NCBI RefSeq assembly: GCF_009914755.1
Contig: NC_060932.1
Strand: one strand, 5' to 3'
From: the human T2T-CHM13v2.0 reference genome, Homo sapiens
Length of the DNA: 64,000 nucleotides
The notes under the pieces were generated by a model. The model was not told the origin of the DNA and made no database searches. It saw only the letters and a program-made list of their open reading frames with translations. Positions within the stretch are counted from its first letter, which is position 1, and every line of letters begins with the position of its first letter. The translations under genes were made by a program, and so were the position numbers. Positions 59,314 through 64,000 of this stretch are shown one piece after another.

Positions 59314-60493
59314 TAGTAGAGATGGAGTTTCACTGTGTTGCCCAGGCTGTTCTCTAAACTCCTGAACTCAGGTAATCCACCAGCCTCGGCCTCCCAAAGT
59401 GTTAGAATTACAGACGTGAGCCACCTTGCCTGGCCCCGCCCCATTATTTTTATTGTTGTTAATACCACATTGTATGGATGGTGCCACATTTTGTCTATCC
59501 ATTCATCAGTTGAGGGACATTTGGGTTGCTTCTACTTTTTGGCTATTATGAATAATGCTGCTGTGAACATTCAAGTTTTTGTGTGGATGTATATTTTCAT
59601 TTTATTCGGTATATATTATATATATACTATATGTAGAATACCTAGGAGTGGAATTGCTGGGTCCTGTTGTAACTCTGTTTAACCTTTCGAACTGCCGGAC
59701 TTTTCCAGAGTGGCTGCAACCATTTTACATTCTCATAAGCAACGTATTTCCTGGATTTTAGCAATCTAGTTTCTCTATGTGTTTAAACTTCTTTTAATCA
59801 AAGAATTTTAATGTTAAGGGATTTTGAAATCCTTTAGTTCTAATCCAATTACACATGATGGAATGAAAGTACAGAGTTCATAGCTTAAACATCTCCCGTG
59901 AACTCATGTTTCATTTCTAAGCAGTATTTATGTTGGACATTAATTTTAAGTATCATCGTCGGATATTTCGTTAATAAAGGGGAAATGTTTTAGTGAATTT
60001 TATTGACTGTGAGATAAATTTATATGCTATGAAATTTTTAAAAAAATCGACTTGTGTAATAAAATCACAGATAATCATATAGAAGAAAAATTTCCAAAGA
60101 AGCAGTTAAACTGTGGCAATAAATGAGTTAATACATTCGATTGTTCTGTGAATTCAGGAGCGATAATGTTAATTGTGTGCTTGTTCTTTCCAGACACTTA
60201 TTCTTAGGAATTTCTCATTCAACTCTCATCCCTCCCCTCTCCCACCTTCCCCCAGTACCACCCCCATACCCCCATTGGTGTAATAGAATACGGCTCCAGT
60301 AGCACATTGTGCCAAGAAGTTACTATACCCAACATTTGTACTTTCAGGGACTTTTGGTTTAGTAGAGCTGTTATAATATGTGCATTTATTGCTTATGTCA
60401 ATAAAAGTTTTATAATATGGCTTTATCTGTGTGGTATTCTAAATTACCTGCAGTTTGAAAATTAAAAATCTGATAATCACTCCTCATTTTCAG

Positions 60494-60589
60494 GGTTACT
60501 TGATTAGCTGTGTTTGGAACTGCTACCGATACATCAATGGTAGGAACTCCTCTGATGTCCTGGTTTATGTTACCAGCAATGACACTACG
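60494..60589 (+). CDS. LAPTM4B: LAPTM4B exon 6 (96 nt)
   Basis: TTTTCAG acceptor; [32 protein letters not shown]; donor ACG|GTAGGT; exons 1-6 sum to 201 codons of the 226-aa isoform. Confidence 0.97.
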
Positions 60590-62554
60590 GTAGGTATGAT
60601 GTCACTTATGGTAGAGATCTCGCCCACACCTTTACTGTATGCTGATCTTTAAGTGTTTCTAGTGTTTGCTACATTTTTATTGTTACTGAAACATACTCAT
60701 GAGCTGCTTAGTTATCAAAAGATTCATCTTAGTTATCAAAATACTCATTTAACTATGAAGTTAAATGTATTTTGTTTTTCTTACAGGATATTAAAATGTA
60801 GATGGCTCAACTCTGGTTTATTTTAAAATGTATTACAGATAGATAATATATGTACCTTACTGTAATTATTTATCTTAAACCTGCATTGTTAAACCATGGT
60901 GTATAATTCTAGATATCGCTTCTGCATTGTATGACATTATATTAACTCACTTTATATGTGAAGTTAAACCAAGATGCGATGTTTACAGGTAGGTAAAAAA
61001 GAACTGCAAAGTTACTATGTCTTTGTAATTTATCTTATGTATGTATTCTTAGTAAAATAATTTAGATGATCTCTGTTCTGCTACTAGTTGCTCATACTTT
61101 AAAATTGCAAACCTGTCATAAAAGATTTTTGAAAACATGTCTTCACTGGAAGAGTCCATGAAAACATATGCACTTTATGTAAATTATCTTGAAATTTCCT
61201 GGCTCATGGTAAGATGAAGGTATAAGTCCTCATGGTGTCTCTGTCGTCACTGCCTGATGTAATGCACAGTACCAGGAAGTGCTCCATGCATGGTTAGTGA
61301 AAACGATGGGGATGGATGACATGTAACTGTGTGGCATGGGACAGGATGGGTGGGTCAAAACGGATAGGATTGGACTGGATGGGTGAAAGGAACACATAAA
61401 TGGTAGGAGGTCAAATTTATACTAGAGTAGAGTTTTGTGTTTTTGGTTTTTTAGTTTGCTTGTTTTTTTCTGGTGACTTGCTCACTCTGACCTTACCGAA
61501 ATAATCCAGCCTGTTCCTTACTTTACTTTCTTGTGTATAAAATGAGACTAAAACAGTTACAGACTTTGTATTAAATATATGGGTGTAGGCTACTGTATTA
61601 CTGAGAACTCTGTGTGATAGCTAAAGCATGTTATACACTGACAGTTTTCCTAAATGCTCACCACACATTTCTTGAGTTCAATCAAATATGCATGAGCAGT
61701 GGTTTAACAGACAGCCGTGACCAGATGCACAAAACCTGGCATACCCAGGTGCTGAGGAGGCTCGTTTTGGGAGTCTGCAGAATTCTGTGTATTGATTACA
61801 GTAATCACGTGTTCTGCTCAACCCCTTTAAAATATCACTCCTGGGTCTGTAACTCTCTTTGAAAGAAATATCTATTCAAAATTTTTGTGATTTTGATAAA
61901 ATTACTGGCTTAAGAATTTTTTTCCTTTTCTCTGAGTTGTTGGGTATTTTTTCATTTGTTTTACCCATTAACTTTTTTTGTTTATTTGTTTTTTGAGTTC
62001 GCCCAGGCTGGAATGAAGTGGTGTGATCTCGTCTCACTGCAGCCTCCACCCCCTGGGTTCAAGTGATTCTCCTGCCTCAGCCTGCCGAGTAGCTGGGATT
62101 ATAGGTGCCCACCACCACGCCCGGCTAATTTTTGTATTTTCAGTAGAGATAGGGTGTTGCCATGTTGGCCAGATTGGTCTCGAACTCCTGACTTCAGGTG
62201 ATCCACCTGCCTTGGCCTCCCAAAGTGCCAGGATTACAGATGTGAGCCACTGTGCCCGGCCTGTTTTACCCATTAACTTTTGCAGAAGGCAAGTTGTTGT
62301 TTAGCCATCTATAAATTTTTTCTTTTTCTTAAAACAAATAAAAAGTCCATAATTAGTGTTCTACTGAACTAATGAAAAATGTAAGCAAGGTTTGAGATTT
62401 TTAAGTTTGAAGAACCAATAAAGTTGTTACACAAGATACATCAGAACCTCTTTGTAAATTTCATGGCACATAGGGCTTATAAAGCCACCATCTTTTAGAA
62501 GTATCTCAGAGCAGAGAATAATACCCATATTGCATGTGCTTGTTTTGATATGGT

Positions 62555-63119
62555 GGTGTTATGAAAGAGGAGGCGATACATAGGTTTTCATCCACAGTTC
62601 CTGGCTCTTAACTCTTCATAGCCATTGTTAGTCTTTGGTTATTACCCTAGGTGTGTCAGGTCTTAGGGAATCTCTGACTTACTCCTGCACTAAGGCAGGA
62701 TTCTAATCTTCCCCCTTCCTTTCTAACTGTGGGTCTTAAGACCTTCCCTAAAGAGGGTCCAGCCTCGTACCCTGAGGGAAGGAATGCTGACTGTCCTTAG
62801 GAATGCTGAAGCTTCCTTAGGAATAGCTGAACTCCTGGAGGTTCCTTGAGGGTGGTACACCCAGGAAGGGCTTGGAAGCTCCATGTTCCTTCCCCCATAT
62901 CTATGAATCTCTTCATCTGTATCCCTTGTATCCTTATAATAAGCCAGTAAACCTCAGTAAGTGTTTCTGAGTCCAAAATGTTATGGGAACCTCAACTTGA
63001 AGGCTGGTTGGTCAGAAGCTCCTGAGGCCCAGACTTGCAGAATGTTGGAGTGGGGAGGGGACACTTTTGGGGGTTGAGCCCTTAACCTGTGGGATCTGAC
63101 ACTGTTTCCAGGTAGATAG
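62555..63119 (+). mobile_element. MER21-like LTR, truncated or interrupted by the provirus to its right
   Basis: ggttttcatccacagttcctggctc...ctgaactcctggaggttcc...ctcttcatctgtatccc...gtgggatctgacactgtttccaggtagatagt is typical MER21 text. Confidence 0.65.
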
Positions 63120-63573
63120 TATTATGTGCGCATCTAAGCGAAGAGACAACCTGAAAAGGCTAAGTGTGAGCAACAAGGCTGTTTATTCACTCAGGTGCGA
63201 GCGGGCTGAGTCCGAAAAAGAGAGTCAGCGAAGGGTGGTGGGATTGGAGCTAGTTTTATAGGTTAGGGGTAAGCAGTGGAAAGTTACAGTTAGGGGCCAT
63301 TTATTGCGGGCAGGGGAAGGGGTCACAGGCGGGAAGGGTCACAGGGCACAATGTCACAAGGTTGATAGATCAGTTAGGGTAGAGTCTGTTACAATGGTAG
63401 AATGTTGCAAGGTTGGCTAATAAGCTAAGACAGCAGCTAGCTGTTTTTCTTCTTTTGTGGTTTTCCTGTTGTCCTAGACTTTCTGGCTCCAGGAGGCCTT
63501 CTGGATGTATACGTGTGGGTCACAGAGGTTACAATGGCTTGACCATGGTGCAGCTTTCTCAGAAGACCTCACA
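63120..63573 (-). mobile_element. 3' LTR of an antisense HERV-H/HERV-F-group provirus (LTR21/MER48-like)
   Basis: U5/R region resembles LTR7 (gagcaacaaggctgtttatt...gggctgagtccgaaaaagagagtcagcgaaggg); minus strand starts TGTGAGG preceded by purine tract AAAAAGCCAGGAA. Confidence 0.7.
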
Positions 63574-64000
63574 TTCCTGGCTTTTTATATTAATAATGGA
63601 AAAACAAAAATGAGAAAGAGTAGTGAAGTATGGCGAAAATTTATGGTGTAAATTTTGGGGGTGGTATGGAGGGATGATGGGAGATTTTTCTCAGCGCTGC
63701 TTCAAGCGGGATTAGGGGTGGCGTGGGTACCTAAAGTGAGAGAGAAAGGTTAAATTGAAGGGAGACCCTGGGGCAGGGGGTGACATTGTCGAGTTGTTAA
63801 AAGGAGCATATGTCGAATTTAGTGATTAGTAATAGCTTGGATGCTGTTTTGTATGAACCGAGAGATTAGCCTGAAAAGACAAGGTCCGAATAAGAGAAGG
63901 AGAAGGATGAGTGCTAAAGGGCCTGTTAGTGGGAGGAGCCATGAAGCTAAGCTAGAGAATGGCCAAGTAGGTCCAGTATAACTATCTGCCTGATTAGTGA
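63574..64000 (-). mobile_element. Proviral internal sequence with env TM remnant (continues beyond the window)
   Basis: Minus frame 63998-63819 reads TNQADSYTGPTWPFSSLASWLLPLTGPLALILLLLLFGPCLFRLISRFIQNSIQAITNH*, a gammaretroviral env membrane anchor. Confidence 0.85.

Overview
Human (primate) genomic DNA, very Alu-rich, containing the promoter, CpG island and coding exons 1-6 of LAPTM4B (lysosomal protein transmembrane 4 beta) on the + strand. The last coding exon lies beyond the window. Exon 1 carries a single copy of the known 19-bp polymorphic unit (allele *1). The window also holds a Y1 RNA pseudogene, an RPL39 processed pseudogene inside an Alu, a young AluYa5, a 5'-truncated L1PA, a MER75 piggyBac MITE and many ERV LTRs (LTR8, LTR17/HERV-W, LTR6, MER41B, THE1, MLT2A, LTR14-like, MER21). 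An antisense HERV-H/F-group provirus with an env TM remnant runs off the right edge. Almost all ORFs in the supplied track are Alu or other repeat translations. I see no convincing new multi-gene system. The best leads are regulatory: (i) a three-frame uORF switch in exon 1 whose frames are rotated by the 19-bp duplication and pivot on ATGACGTCA (start codon + stop codon + CRE); (ii) intronic LTRs that retain intact STAT (GAS) or GATA/FOXA motifs; (iii) several unusual insertion and repair structures. Repeat family names come from remembered consensus sequences, not from a database search.
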